Source of the DNA: Spirochaetia bacterium
Lineage (GTDB): Bacteria; Spirochaetota; Spirochaetia; UBA9216
DNA length: 64,000 nt
Reading direction: 5' to 3'
NCBI GenBank assembly: GCA_963675665.1
Contig: OY776510.1
Span: forward strand, 2,976,001-3,040,000
The position numbers and the translations under genes were made by a program. The notes under the pieces are model-generated. The model saw only the letters and a program-made list of their open reading frames with translations. It had not been told where the DNA came from and searched no databases. The stretch's first letter is position 1; each line of letters opens with the position of its first letter. Shown here piece by piece: positions 20,875 through 30,836 of this stretch.

Positions 20875-22215
20875 ATGAGGATTCAGATTCTTGTTATTCT
20901 CTCTTCAGTGATTTTTATTTTTTCAGCAAACAGCAATCCTTCATTGAAAACAGAGCTTTCCGATGAGAATTTTATGAACCGCCTGAGATTTACAGGCGAA
21001 TATACCAGGCTCAGTCTGGCATTTTCCATTAATGATAAGGGATTCGATTGGGCTGAGCCTTCTTTTGTATCACCGGTTATTTCAGCGGGGCGGATGGAGC
21101 TGAAAGGTCTGCCGAGAGAGCTGTTCAATCCCGACGGAACTGCTCCTGGTTCGTCCGTGTTTAGTGAAAACAGCCGGTTGAGGATAACAGATTCGTTCGA
21201 CAGAAGTTCAAGATTCGGCATTACTTCAGAAACAGGAGTTACTTCCTGGATCTTTCGGACAAACAGCGGATTGATTTCGGCCGGAATTGTTTCAACAATC
21301 TGCAATTATAAATATTTTGAAGCGGACACCTGTATTTCAGCCGGGACCTGCCCCGATACTGCTGCTGATTCATGGTTTGCCGATCATTCGGTATTGCCCG
21401 GGCAGATTAGCCTGAATGCAGCGGCGGAACTGCGGTTTGGAACTGAATTTCCTGTTTCTGAAACAGCTGAAAATACCGGACGCAGAATAATGAGAAATGA
21501 TTCGGCGGGCAAAATGGCAGCGGCGTCGTTTCTGGCAGGTTTAAGCATGCCGGAATATACAATGCCCGGGTTTTTTGTCCGTTCAGTTTTTTCAGCGGGA
21601 AGCAGAGCAGCCGGCATCAGGGGGCTTTTCCAATGGGTTGACGATGCATATATTCCGCCTTCAGGCAGATCTGCCTCATACAGAAATTCAGCAGGTTTAA
21701 ATGTCCATGCGGGCATTTATTCAGAAATTCTTGAAGCAGTATTCAGCTGCGGATATTTTTACAGACAGGCTGCTCCCGAAGTTCTTCCGGGAAAAATAAT
21801 CGGTCAGGTACAGGAGGTCGAAGCCGGTATAAAACTGGATACAGGTGTTCTTTGTTTTAATATTGATTCCGCCGGAAGTCTTGAACATGATATAAACGGC
21901 CGACAGCAGGCCGGAGCGGATTTTGATGTCGATGTAAAAATTTATCTGGGCCCGGTGATATCAAATGTGAGCGGCGGAATGGATTTTGATAATATATGGA
22001 ACTGCACCTCAACAGACAGGAATTGGTATGGAGGAGCAGGCCTCCGGATTAAAGCACAAATACTTGATTGCAGCTTTAACTATGTTTACAGGGACGGTGA
22101 GCATTGTTTTAACCCGGGAATGAAAATAGCAACTTCAAAAGGTAAAATCAACGCTTCGGTTGAAATAATAAACGGCGGAATAGTCGATTTTTCTGCGGGA
22201 TTTCAATCCGAATAA
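20875..22215 (+). CDS. Exported hypothetical protein, possible outer-membrane beta-barrel
   Basis: N-terminal signal peptide; alternating hydrophobic strands in the C-terminal half. Confidence 0.55.
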   Translation: MRIQILVILSSVIFIFSANSNPSLKTELSDENFMNRLRFTGEYTRLSLAFSINDKGFDWAEPSFVSPVISAGRMELKGLPRELFNPDGTAPGSSVFSENSRLRITDSFDRSSRFGITSETGVTSWIFRTNSGLISAGIVSTICNYKYFEADTCISAGTCPDTAADSWFADHSVLPGQISLNAAAELRFGTEFPVSETAENTGRRIMRNDSAGKMAAASFLAGLSMPEYTMPGFFVRSVFSAGSRAAGIRGLFQWVDDAYIPPSGRSASYRNSAGLNVHAGIYSEILEAVFSCGYFYRQAAPEVLPGKIIGQVQEVEAGIKLDTGVLCFNIDSAGSLEHDINGRQQAGADFDVDVKIYLGPVISNVSGGMDFDNIWNCTSTDRNWYGGAGLRIKAQILDCSFNYVYRDGEHCFNPGMKIATSKGKINASVEIINGGIVDFSAGFQSE

Positions 22216-22259
22216 GAATGAACATTATTTCGGGACGTGAGAAAAAGTGATGTTATTCG

Positions 22260-22288
22260 TTGCATTTTTATCCTTTTACGGTTAAAAT
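22260..22288 (+). promoter_or_regulatory. Sigma70-type promoter of the second ackA
   Basis: TTGCAT-N17-TAAAAT. Confidence 0.55.
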
Positions 22289-22326
22289 CTTTTTATAAAA
22301 AATATCAATAATTCAGGAGCGAAGAA

Positions 22327-23553
22327 ATGGAAAAACTGCTAGTAATAAATTGCGGCAGCTCATCGCTGAAATATGAAGTATATACTATGCCGAACCGTCA
22401 GAGTCTCGGGAAGGGACTTGTTGAGCGCATCGGTGAACCTATGGGCAATATTTCACAGAAATCAGATCGCGGAGTCTTTGAGGAAAATGCACCGCTGTCT
22501 GATCATGAAGCTGCAATGGCGCTTGTAAAAAAGGCGTTAACTGATTCCGAAAAAGGCCTTATCGAATCAATAGAGGAGATAACCGGGGTAGGACACAGAA
22601 CAGTACACGGAGGTGAGGATTACTCATCATCGGTAATAATTGACGATGATGTAATTTCGGCCATAAGGCGCAATGCCGATTTGGCGCCGCTTCATAATCC
22701 GGCAAATCTGATGGGAATAAATGCCGCCATGGAAATGCTTCCCGGCGTTCCGCAGGTGGCCGTATTCGACACGGCGTTCCACCAAACCCTTGCCCCGTCT
22801 TCATATCTGTACGGCTTGCCGCGCGAGCTTTATACAAAATATAAAATCCGGCGATATGGTTTTCACGGAACAAGTCACCGCTATGTTTCAACCGAAGCGC
22901 TGAAGCTGATGAAACGATCTGTAGAGAATACAAATGTAATTTCGTGCCACCTGGGAAATGGAGCATCGATAACGGCAATCAGGCAGGGAAAATCGGTAGA
23001 AACTTCAATGGGATTCACCCCGCTCGAAGGTCTTGTGATGGGTACCCGCAGCGGAGACCTGGATCCTGCAATAATTCTTTTTTTGCTGGAAAAGGGTTTT
23101 ACCAAAGAAGAAATAAATAAAATGATTAATAAAGAGGGCGGGCTGCTTGGGCTTTCCGGCATCTCCAACGATATGAGAGATATCCACATCGAAGCTGACA
23201 AAGGAAATGCATATGCAATCGAAGCCCTTGAAGTATTTGCACACAAGATTCGTCAGTATATTGGAGCATACGCTGCAAACATGGTTAAAGTGGATGTGCT
23301 TGTATTCACCGGAGGAATAGGTGAAAACGATATCCGGATGCGAGAAATGATCTGTCACAGGCTGGAAAATATCGGTATAGTTATGGACTATGAATTAAAC
23401 AAGGTGAACGGTTCAAAACCGGGAATAGTTTCCAAGGACTATTCACCAGTTACTATTGTAATAATGCCGACAAATGAAGAGCTTCAGATTGCTATTGATA
23501 CTTACGATCTTATAAACGAGAAATTTAAAAGCTGGATGCTTATTAAAGAGTAA
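22327..23553 (+). CDS. ackA: Acetate/propionate kinase (second paralogue)
   Basis: NCGSSSLK, GHRTVHGG, LAPLHNPAN, FDTAFH, RRYGFHGTSH, TNEE. Confidence 0.93.
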   Translation: MEKLLVINCGSSSLKYEVYTMPNRQSLGKGLVERIGEPMGNISQKSDRGVFEENAPLSDHEAAMALVKKALTDSEKGLIESIEEITGVGHRTVHGGEDYSSSVIIDDDVISAIRRNADLAPLHNPANLMGINAAMEMLPGVPQVAVFDTAFHQTLAPSSYLYGLPRELYTKYKIRRYGFHGTSHRYVSTEALKLMKRSVENTNVISCHLGNGASITAIRQGKSVETSMGFTPLEGLVMGTRSGDLDPAIILFLLEKGFTKEEINKMINKEGGLLGLSGISNDMRDIHIEADKGNAYAIEALEVFAHKIRQYIGAYAANMVKVDVLVFTGGIGENDIRMREMICHRLENIGIVMDYELNKVNGSKPGIVSKDYSPVTIVIMPTNEELQIAIDTYDLINEKFKSWMLIKE

Positions 23554-23611
23554 TATTAACAGGGAGGTTTCCCTTAATATAGGTGTTTGGAATTGCTGAA
23601 AGGAATTCCCG

Positions 23612-23649
23612 GGAGCGGAGATCAGTTTGATTTCCGCTCCTGTTTTTTT
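23612..23649 (+). terminator. Rho-independent terminator
   Basis: GGAGCGGAGATCA / TGATTTCCGCTCC stem followed by TGTTTTTTT. Confidence 0.8.
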
Positions 23650-23653
23650 GCGT

Positions 23654-24991
23654 TTAGATGCCCTGAAGAATTTTAGCTATTTCAAAATAGATTGTAAGAC
23701 CGGCAACATCGATAACTGTTGCCATCAATGGTGCAGACATAACCGTAGGGTCAAATCCGAGGCGGTTAATAAGAAGCGGAGCAAGAGTTCCTACAAGTGT
23801 TGAGAATAGAACCACGAATGCAAGAGCTGCTCCTATAGTAATTGATTGTGAAAGGTTAACGCCGGGAGGAAGAAAAAAGCTTCTTGCAATAATTACACTG
23901 CCTGTTATCAGGCCCATCAGTATGCCCACCGCTATTTCTTTTAATAAGATTTTTGCGGCATCACGGGAATGAATCTCTCCGGTTGCAAGTCCTCTTATCA
24001 TTAATGTTGAGGCCTGGCTTCCGGAATTACCCCCTGTCTGGGTTATTACCGGCATAAATATGAAAAGGAATGCTGCTGTTGTTATAAGCTCCGAATAATG
24101 GTCTACCACATTTGTTGAAAATGTTCCCAGCAACAGAAGGACAATCAGCCACGGAACTCTTTTTTTTACAAGACCCCAGATTGAACTGTCGAGATACCGG
24201 TCTACATTACCGGTCATGGCCCCCATCTTATAGGTGTCCTCGGTATGCTCCTCCCTGATAACATCGATGATATCATCAAAAGTGACTATACCGAGCATCT
24301 GGTTGCGGCTGTCTACAACCGGCAGAGCGATGAGGTCATAGGTTTCAAGGGTTTTTGCAACTTCTTCCTGGTCAGTTTCTTCGTGAACCGAGATATAACT
24401 CGTCTGCATTATATCGTTAATTTTGGCGCTGTCTTCAGACTTCAGAAGTTCCCGGAGCGAAACAACGCCCAGAAGCCTCTGGAATTCATCAAGAATATAG
24501 AGATAATACACTGTTTCAACTTCATGCGCGCCTTTTCGGACAAAGTTTAATGCCTGGCCCACTGTAATCCCGGCGCGAAGCGCAAGGTATCGGGGCGTCA
24601 TCAGGCCTGCAGCATCGTCTTCATCAAAACGGAGAAGGAAAAGCGTTTCACGTTTAGCTTCTTCCGACAGGCTGTTCCATGCCTCTTTTCTTACCTCGGG
24701 TGAAACCGATTGTATAAAGTCGGCAAGGTCGTCAGGATCCATTTCAGAGAGTATCTGGTGGATGCTCTGGGTGGAAAGCGATTCGACGAGTTTTTCCTGC
24801 TCGGTATTCGACAGCGAATTGAGCAGATCTACTTTGTATTCCAGGCGAAGATTGATCATTATTTTTAAAGCTTCATCGTTGTTGAAAGAGTCCCATTCCT
24901 CGAGAATCTCTGCCAGCGGAAGATCTGCAAGAAGTGCTTTGAGTTCTTCAGGAGGCATTCCGTCAATTTTCAGTTTATCTTTCAATTCCAT
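23654..24991 (-). CDS. mgtE: Magnesium transporter MgtE
   Basis: AAGLMTP, CBS pair, GGNSGSQ, DPTVMSAPL..TVID. The gene is on the minus strand (CAT at 24989-24991, TTA at 23654-23656); the ORF track strand label is wrong. Confidence 0.95.
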   Translation of the reverse strand: MELKDKLKIDGMPPEELKALLADLPLAEILEEWDSFNNDEALKIMINLRLEYKVDLLNSLSNTEQEKLVESLSTQSIHQILSEMDPDDLADFIQSVSPEVRKEAWNSLSEEAKRETLFLLRFDEDDAAGLMTPRYLALRAGITVGQALNFVRKGAHEVETVYYLYILDEFQRLLGVVSLRELLKSEDSAKINDIMQTSYISVHEETDQEEVAKTLETYDLIALPVVDSRNQMLGIVTFDDIIDVIREEHTEDTYKMGAMTGNVDRYLDSSIWGLVKKRVPWLIVLLLLGTFSTNVVDHYSELITTAAFLFIFMPVITQTGGNSGSQASTLMIRGLATGEIHSRDAAKILLKEIAVGILMGLITGSVIIARSFFLPPGVNLSQSITIGAALAFVVLFSTLVGTLAPLLINRLGFDPTVMSAPLMATVIDVAGLTIYFEIAKILQGI

Positions 24992-25089
24992 CGATCTGTA
25001 CCTCCTTGAATATGTCTAATACAGGATAACCTAATTGAGATTTTATGAAAAGCATAAAATTGTCAATACGTATTAACTAATTGATTCCG

Positions 25090-26007
25090 TTATTGAAAAT
25101 TACCGATGAACTGAATCTCCGGTTCAAGGTCAAAGCCGTAGGCATCCTTTACCTTTGCTGTGCAGAGTTTAATCAGTTTATGGATATCGGCGGAGGTTGC
25201 ATTGCCTCTGTTGATAAAAATATTTGCGTGTTCGGCTGATATTTCCGCATCGCCGATCCTGGTGCCGCGGAGGCCCAGCGAATCAATTATGGCGCCCGAC
25301 GGTTTGCCGAAGGCCCGGTTGTTTTTAAAAACGGACCCGGCGCTGGGGCCGCTGTAATGGCCTTTGCGTTCCCGATCAGTCCGGTTTTCAAGCATGGTTG
25401 CCGATATGATTTTTTTATCCTTTCGGCTCAGAAGGAATTCCGCTTCAAGGATTACATAATCCCTGTTTTGAAATGGGGACTTTTTATATCCGAAACTTTC
25501 CGGAGCAGCATTAAGGATTCGTGTTTTCCGGGTCTCGTCAAGATATTTTACAGACAGCAGGATGTCTGAGACGGACAACCCGTAACAGCGGGCATTCATC
25601 CAGACCGCCCCGCCTATTGTCCCGGGCATGCCGTAGAAAGCATCAAAGCCGGAAAGGCCTTCTTTAAGCGCCGCTTCTGCAGCGTCGTCAATCAATACTC
25701 CGCAGCCGCAGGCAACCTGCAGCCCTTCTTTGAATTCAATGCGGTTCAGGCCGGCAGTTTCAATTACTATTCCGTTGAATCCTGCGTCGGACACAAGAAT
25801 GTTCGCGCCACCGCCCAGAATAAAGTGTGGGGTCTCGCAGGATTCTGCAGCTTTTAATATCTGTACAAGCTCATTCGTATCAGCAGGCGAACAGAAAACA
25901 TCAGCAGGGCCGCCGGTTTTAAAAGTTGTATGAAGAGACATCGGTTCATTGAATACTATTTTGCCCTTCGTGTTGATTTTTTTAAGTATATTCCGTAAAT
26001 TATCCAC
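25090..26007 (-). CDS. murB: UDP-N-acetylenolpyruvoylglucosamine reductase
   Basis: HTTFKTGGPAD, LGGGANILV.D, PGTIGGAV.MNA, SAGSVFKN, HANIFIN, LEPEI. Confidence 0.95.
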   Translation of the reverse strand: MDNLRNILKKINTKGKIVFNEPMSLHTTFKTGGPADVFCSPADTNELVQILKAAESCETPHFILGGGANILVSDAGFNGIVIETAGLNRIEFKEGLQVACGCGVLIDDAAEAALKEGLSGFDAFYGMPGTIGGAVWMNARCYGLSVSDILLSVKYLDETRKTRILNAAPESFGYKKSPFQNRDYVILEAEFLLSRKDKKIISATMLENRTDRERKGHYSGPSAGSVFKNNRAFGKPSGAIIDSLGLRGTRIGDAEISAEHANIFINRGNATSADIHKLIKLCTAKVKDAYGFDLEPEIQFIGNFQ

Positions 26008-26074
26008 AGACAGATTTTACTTTAAAACAGACTGATGATCCATAGATGCTATTTATATCAAGCGGGAGGTTCGG

Positions 26075-27490
26075 GTGAACATAAACTTATATAACACTCT
26101 TGGCAGAGAGCTGCAGGAATTCAAGCCGATTAATGAAAAAGAGGTCGGCCTGTACTGTTGCGGGCCTACCGTTTATAACTATGCGCATATCGGAAATCTG
26201 AGAACATACGTATTTGAAGACTTGCTTAGAAGGGTATTGGAATACGCCGGTTACAATGTAAACCATGTAATGAATGTGACGGACGTCGGCCATCTGACCG
26301 GCGATCAGGACGACGGAGAAGACAAACTTGAAAAGAGCGCCCGTGAAACAGGCAAATCTCCGACGGAGATAGCAGAATTTTATACCGATGCTTTTTTCAG
26401 GGATATCGACAGGCTTAATATCATCAGACCGAAAACAGCCTGTGTTGCTACAAAACACATCGGCAATATGATAGGACTTATAAAAAGGCTTGAAGCCGGC
26501 GGATTTACATATATTGAAGGCGGAAACGTATATTTCGACACTGAAAAATTTGCCGGATACGGTGAGCTTGCGCTTCTTGATCGGCAGAAGCTTAAAGCCG
26601 GGGCCAGAATTGCCGTTGACGGAAATAAAAAGAACCCTGCCGATTTTGTTCTCTGGTTTACCAAATCAAAGTTTGAAAATCATATAATGCAGTGGGATTC
26701 TCCCTGGGGTACGGGCTATCCGGGGTGGCATATAGAATGCTCGGCTATGAGCATGAAGTATCTCGGCGAGCAATTCGACATTCACTGCGGCGGAATTGAT
26801 CATATACCAATTCATCATACAAACGAGATAGCACAGTCTGAGGCCGCTACCGGCAGGAAATGGGTTAACTACTGGATTCATGGTGAATTTCTTCTGATGG
26901 ACAAGCAGAAAATGGCAAAATCCGCCGGTAATTTTCTTACGCTCCAGACCCTGGTAGACAAGGGATATGATCCTCTCGATTACAGGTATTTCTGCCTGGG
27001 AGGTCATTACCGATCACAGCTTGTTTTTAATTTTGAATCGCTTGATGCCGCCCGGAATGCGCGAAGAAATCTGGTTGAAAGAATTGAAGAGCTGAAATCA
27101 TTCGCTGAGCCTGCTCATGCAGATAGTCTTGGCGAAAGGGCCGGGGGTATAATCAACCGTTTCAATGAAAGCCTTATAAACGATCTTAATGCGCCCAGGG
27201 CCCTTGCCGAATTATGGCAATTGCTCAAGGACAACGATATATCGCCCGAAGATAAACTTGGCGCTGCAATTGAGATGGATCGGGTATTCGGCCTGCAGCT
27301 GTCTGAAATAGAAGCTCCGGCAGCCGAATTGTCGGATGCGGAAATATCAATAATTCGGGATCGTGAACAGGCAAGGGCCGATAAAAACTGGGGAAAAGCC
27401 GACGAACTGAGGGATAAACTGCTGTCTTTGGGTATTGAAATAAAGGATACTTCAGACGGAACACAATGGAAAAAGAGAGGTAACCGTTAA
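26075..27490 (+). CDS. cysS: Cysteine--tRNA ligase
   Basis: [31 protein letters not shown]. Confidence 0.97.
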   Translation: MNINLYNTLGRELQEFKPINEKEVGLYCCGPTVYNYAHIGNLRTYVFEDLLRRVLEYAGYNVNHVMNVTDVGHLTGDQDDGEDKLEKSARETGKSPTEIAEFYTDAFFRDIDRLNIIRPKTACVATKHIGNMIGLIKRLEAGGFTYIEGGNVYFDTEKFAGYGELALLDRQKLKAGARIAVDGNKKNPADFVLWFTKSKFENHIMQWDSPWGTGYPGWHIECSAMSMKYLGEQFDIHCGGIDHIPIHHTNEIAQSEAATGRKWVNYWIHGEFLLMDKQKMAKSAGNFLTLQTLVDKGYDPLDYRYFCLGGHYRSQLVFNFESLDAARNARRNLVERIEELKSFAEPAHADSLGERAGGIINRFNESLINDLNAPRALAELWQLLKDNDISPEDKLGAAIEMDRVFGLQLSEIEAPAAELSDAEISIIRDREQARADKNWGKADELRDKLLSLGIEIKDTSDGTQWKKRGNR

Positions 27491-27543
27491 AATGAAAGTT
27501 TTTAACGGTCGTCTGTAACTAACTGTAAGGTTCGTTGTTTGTT

Positions 27544-28071
27544 ATGATAGATGAAGAGAGGGTTGTTGAGTCCTTCGAGCAGGTTTATGAAGAAACATTT
27601 ACAATCCTCATAAGAATTGCATACCATATAACCGGTAATGCAGATGTTAGCGAAGAATTATGTCAGGAGGCTTTCTTAAAATATATCAGCCGTCCCGTCA
27701 GGATACCTACTGTTGAACAATCAAAATACTGGCTGATAAGAGTTGTTAAGAACCTCTGCTACAATTATGTCAAAAGAAAAGGGCGTGAGAGCCGTGCTTT
27801 TGATAAAGTCAAGGAGTTGCCGCTTCCCGAAACTGTAAACGGTGAGCAGGAACTTATCAAGAAGGAGCAGATTGAAACTGTTCAGGCCGCATTAATGATG
27901 CTGCCGTTTAATCTGCGAACGGTTTTAATTCTGAAAGAATACGGGCAGCTCAGCTATAAAGAGATCGCCTCTATTCTGAGAATAACAGAAGGTAACGTGA
28001 AAGTAAGAGTATTCAGAGCAAGAGTGAGTCTGGAGGAAATTCTTTCCAAGGAGGGATTTAATGTGTCCTGA
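27544..28071 (+). CDS. ECF RNA polymerase sigma-70 factor
   Basis: Region 2 (EELCQEAFLK, WLIRVVKNLC) and region 4 (LSYKEIA..L....GNVKVRVFRAR); ATG at 27544 (track start 27535). Confidence 0.92.
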   Translation: MIDEERVVESFEQVYEETFTILIRIAYHITGNADVSEELCQEAFLKYISRPVRIPTVEQSKYWLIRVVKNLCYNYVKRKGRESRAFDKVKELPLPETVNGEQELIKKEQIETVQAALMMLPFNLRTVLILKEYGQLSYKEIASILRITEGNVKVRVFRARVSLEEILSKEGFNVS

Positions 28072-28606
28072 CCGGGAGTTGATTTCAGCCTTTTTTGATG
28101 ATGAGACGAATGAACGATGGTCATCCGAACTTAAAGAGCATATCGAAAATTGTACAGAATGTTCGGTGAATTATAAAAAAGTAAAAGAACTCAGTATTTC
28201 TCTAAGAAGTATTAACGTGCCCGGCGAAAACGAGATTAGATCCAGGGTCTATTCCGCGGTGGAACGGCGGCGTGCTGTATTTAATACCGAACCGTTCTGG
28301 AAAAGGCATGTCGAGATTTCATATCCTGCCCTTATGGGCGCTGCCGCCGTAGTAGCAGTTCTTTGCGCCGCGATGCTGATAGGATTAACCCGGTTTTCCG
28401 GACAGCAGCAATATATTGTTGAAGAGATAAAGGAAGAGCCGTTGCCGATAAATGTACAGCTGATCAGTATAGAGGATGCAGCTGCATATCTGCTTTCGGA
28501 TGATTCGGGCTTTGACGTTCTGATAACGATACCGTCTGCAAAAGGGCTTTCGGTTTCAGGAGAACCGCAGCTTATCAGGGAAGCTGATTATAAACGAAGC
28601 CAATAG
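28061..28606 (+). CDS. Zinc-finger (ZAS) membrane anti-sigma factor
   Basis: MC...ISAFFD.E, HIENCTEC (HxxxCxxC), one TM helix; overlaps the sigma stop. Confidence 0.85.
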   Translation: MCPDRELISAFFDDETNERWSSELKEHIENCTECSVNYKKVKELSISLRSINVPGENEIRSRVYSAVERRRAVFNTEPFWKRHVEISYPALMGAAAVVAVLCAAMLIGLTRFSGQQQYIVEEIKEEPLPINVQLISIEDAAAYLLSDDSGFDVLITIPSAKGLSVSGEPQLIREADYKRSQ

Positions 28607-28616
28607 GATAGCAATT

Positions 28617-29105
28617 GTGAAGCAGATAGTATTTGGAATTTCTCTTCTCATTTTATTTTTATTTCCTTTTACTGCCCGGGCTGATGATCTTGGTTATGAA
28701 TTTATCGAAGGGAAGCAGATTTCAGTAAATATCACAACAAGAATTCTGGGTGAAGAAAACGATACTATCTGGCATATGGACAGCTCGAAAGTAACAGTTT
28801 CGGGCGAAACGATTAAGCTGAAACTGTCAGGCGACAATCTCGTTGTAATAGCTGATATAACTCCATACCTGAATCAGGACAATACCATATTTCTGGTTGC
28901 AAAAGGTGAAATATTTCTTTCGGACAATACTGACAGTGAAGATGTAAAGTACTATACTACCCTTAAGAGTCTGCCGGTTGATGTCGGTGAAAAGGTTATA
29001 TTTTTCCCGCTGGGCATGGCATATGACTCCAACAGCAATTTTTACAGTATGGAAATGGAGATTCAGGTGCTTTCTGTTGAAGACGCCGGCAGTTCAGCTG
29101 ATTAG
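28617..29105 (+). CDS. Exported hypothetical protein
   Basis: Signal peptide ending ARA; beta-rich acidic domain. Confidence 0.7.
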   Translation: MKQIVFGISLLILFLFPFTARADDLGYEFIEGKQISVNITTRILGEENDTIWHMDSSKVTVSGETIKLKLSGDNLVVIADITPYLNQDNTIFLVAKGEIFLSDNTDSEDVKYYTTLKSLPVDVGEKVIFFPLGMAYDSNSNFYSMEMEIQVLSVEDAGSSAD

Positions 29106-29107
29106 GA

Positions 29108-30763
29108 ATGATAAAAAATATTATAAAAGGCAGAATCATAATACCGTTACTGATTCTGGCAGCAGTATGCACTTTCTTTGTATTAAATGCTGTCGGATAC
29201 TACAGATTTCCCGTTATAAACGATATCCAGCCAGCAGTAGCATATCCCGGTGAATTTATAACCATAAACGGTTCTTTTTTCGGTGATACCCGCAAAGGCG
29301 CGGAAGTGAGAATAGCCGGAGAACGCCCCCTTTCGGATTCATATCAACAATGGAGCGATACCCGGATAGTTGTTAAAGTCCCCCCCGAGGTAAGCTCCGG
29401 TATGGTTACTGTAAAAACGAGACGCGGTAAAAGCAACGGCATTCTTTTTACAAACCGCGAGCATATACCGATTATCCTTACCGGGCCGCAAAAGCCGGGA
29501 TATCCGTACATGGAAACTGTAGAACCGAACAGCGGAGCAGTAGGGTCTTTTATTATAATAAGCGGATTGAATTTCGGACATGAACGAAGCAACGCAGAAA
29601 TCTATTTTACCGCTGCCGCTGCCAATGAAGAAGTTTCGGACAGCGAAGATTCTCTGTCCGGATCAATTAAATGTTCAGAGATTGATTATGATTATGAAAG
29701 CTGGGATGAGCAGCAGATAAAAGTTTATGTCCCGGACGGCGCCGCTTCAGGAAATATCCGTATAAAAACTGATCGCGGCCTCAGCAACGCATTGTATTTC
29801 GAGGTTACCGGAACTGCCGGCACAAAAAGCTTCGGTGATAAAATGGGTTTTCAGGTCGAATACGGCATTGATATATCTTCAGCAGACGGCGCCGGCGGAA
29901 ACGGGCTGGATTTATGGGTTCCTGCCGTACGTGCGGGGTTGTATCAGCGTAAGGTTGAGACGGTGACGGAACCTCTTCCGTTGTGGGAAGATTATTACGG
30001 TTTAATGCGGTATCATTTCGATAATCTGGGTAACAGTGAAAATTACGGAGTATCAATTAATTCGTGGCTGGAACGCTATGAGATTGAAACCCGTTTGACA
30101 GCCTCCAGGGTAAAACCCGTTTATAATGAGGAACGAAGACTTTATACAGTTTATACAAGCGATGAAAACCTGATTCCTTCGGATTCCCAATCTGTTGTCG
30201 ACGCCGTTGCCTCGGCAGTTAAACGGGAACGCAACCCTTATCTTAAAGCTAATGCAATATACCTGTATTTGCTGAAAAATCTGGAATACATATCCAAGCC
30301 CTCAAGCTCATCGATACTGAGAAATCTTGAGGACGGTCAGGGAGATTCATATACATACAGTATATTATTTACGGCCATGTGCAGGGCATCGGGGATTCCT
30401 GCAAGACCGGCTGCCGGAGTGCTCGTTTATAATAACAAGCAGTCTACCAACCATTATTGGGCCGAATTTTATATTGAGGGTTTCGGCTGGATTCCTGTTG
30501 ATGCATCTTTGGGTGATGGTGCAAGATTCGGTAATTTTCCGATTGACGAGGAAATAGATCCTGTGGAATACTATTTCGGTAGCCTTGATAATCATCATAT
30601 TTGCCTGACCAGAGGCGTCGTTCCCGTCAGACAGATTTACCCCGAAGGAAGTATTTCCGGACGGAAAGGGCTATACTCTCTTCAGACAATATATGAAGAA
30701 TCTTTTGGTTTATCTTCATATTCTTCGTACTGGAGGGCTGTCAGAATCATTGACTGGTGGTAA
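29108..30763 (+). CDS. IPT/TIG-domain protein with C-terminal transglutaminase-like domain
   Basis: Two PxI..I.P....G..I.I.G..FG...W.D..I.V.VP repeats; HYWAEFYIEGFGWIPVD; GDSYTYSILFTAMCRASGIPAR. Confidence 0.8.
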   Translation: MIKNIIKGRIIIPLLILAAVCTFFVLNAVGYYRFPVINDIQPAVAYPGEFITINGSFFGDTRKGAEVRIAGERPLSDSYQQWSDTRIVVKVPPEVSSGMVTVKTRRGKSNGILFTNREHIPIILTGPQKPGYPYMETVEPNSGAVGSFIIISGLNFGHERSNAEIYFTAAAANEEVSDSEDSLSGSIKCSEIDYDYESWDEQQIKVYVPDGAASGNIRIKTDRGLSNALYFEVTGTAGTKSFGDKMGFQVEYGIDISSADGAGGNGLDLWVPAVRAGLYQRKVETVTEPLPLWEDYYGLMRYHFDNLGNSENYGVSINSWLERYEIETRLTASRVKPVYNEERRLYTVYTSDENLIPSDSQSVVDAVASAVKRERNPYLKANAIYLYLLKNLEYISKPSSSSILRNLEDGQGDSYTYSILFTAMCRASGIPARPAAGVLVYNNKQSTNHYWAEFYIEGFGWIPVDASLGDGARFGNFPIDEEIDPVEYYFGSLDNHHICLTRGVVPVRQIYPEGSISGRKGLYSLQTIYEESFGLSSYSSYWRAVRIIDWW

Positions 30764-30836
30764 AATAGGGTTATGATTAAGCGTTGTGACGCCGATATTA
30801 TATTAGACGAAAAATACTATTCTGGTTAGGTGGTGT

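Noticed and set aside
23654-24991. ORF track lists the MgtE ORF on the + strand
   Set aside because: The sequence shows the start (CAT) at the right end and the stop (TTA) at the left end, so it is a minus-strand gene
26000-26008. Perfect DnaA box TTATCCACA over the murB start
   Set aside because: Single copy, with no cluster or dnaA nearby; explained by the codons GTG GAT AA
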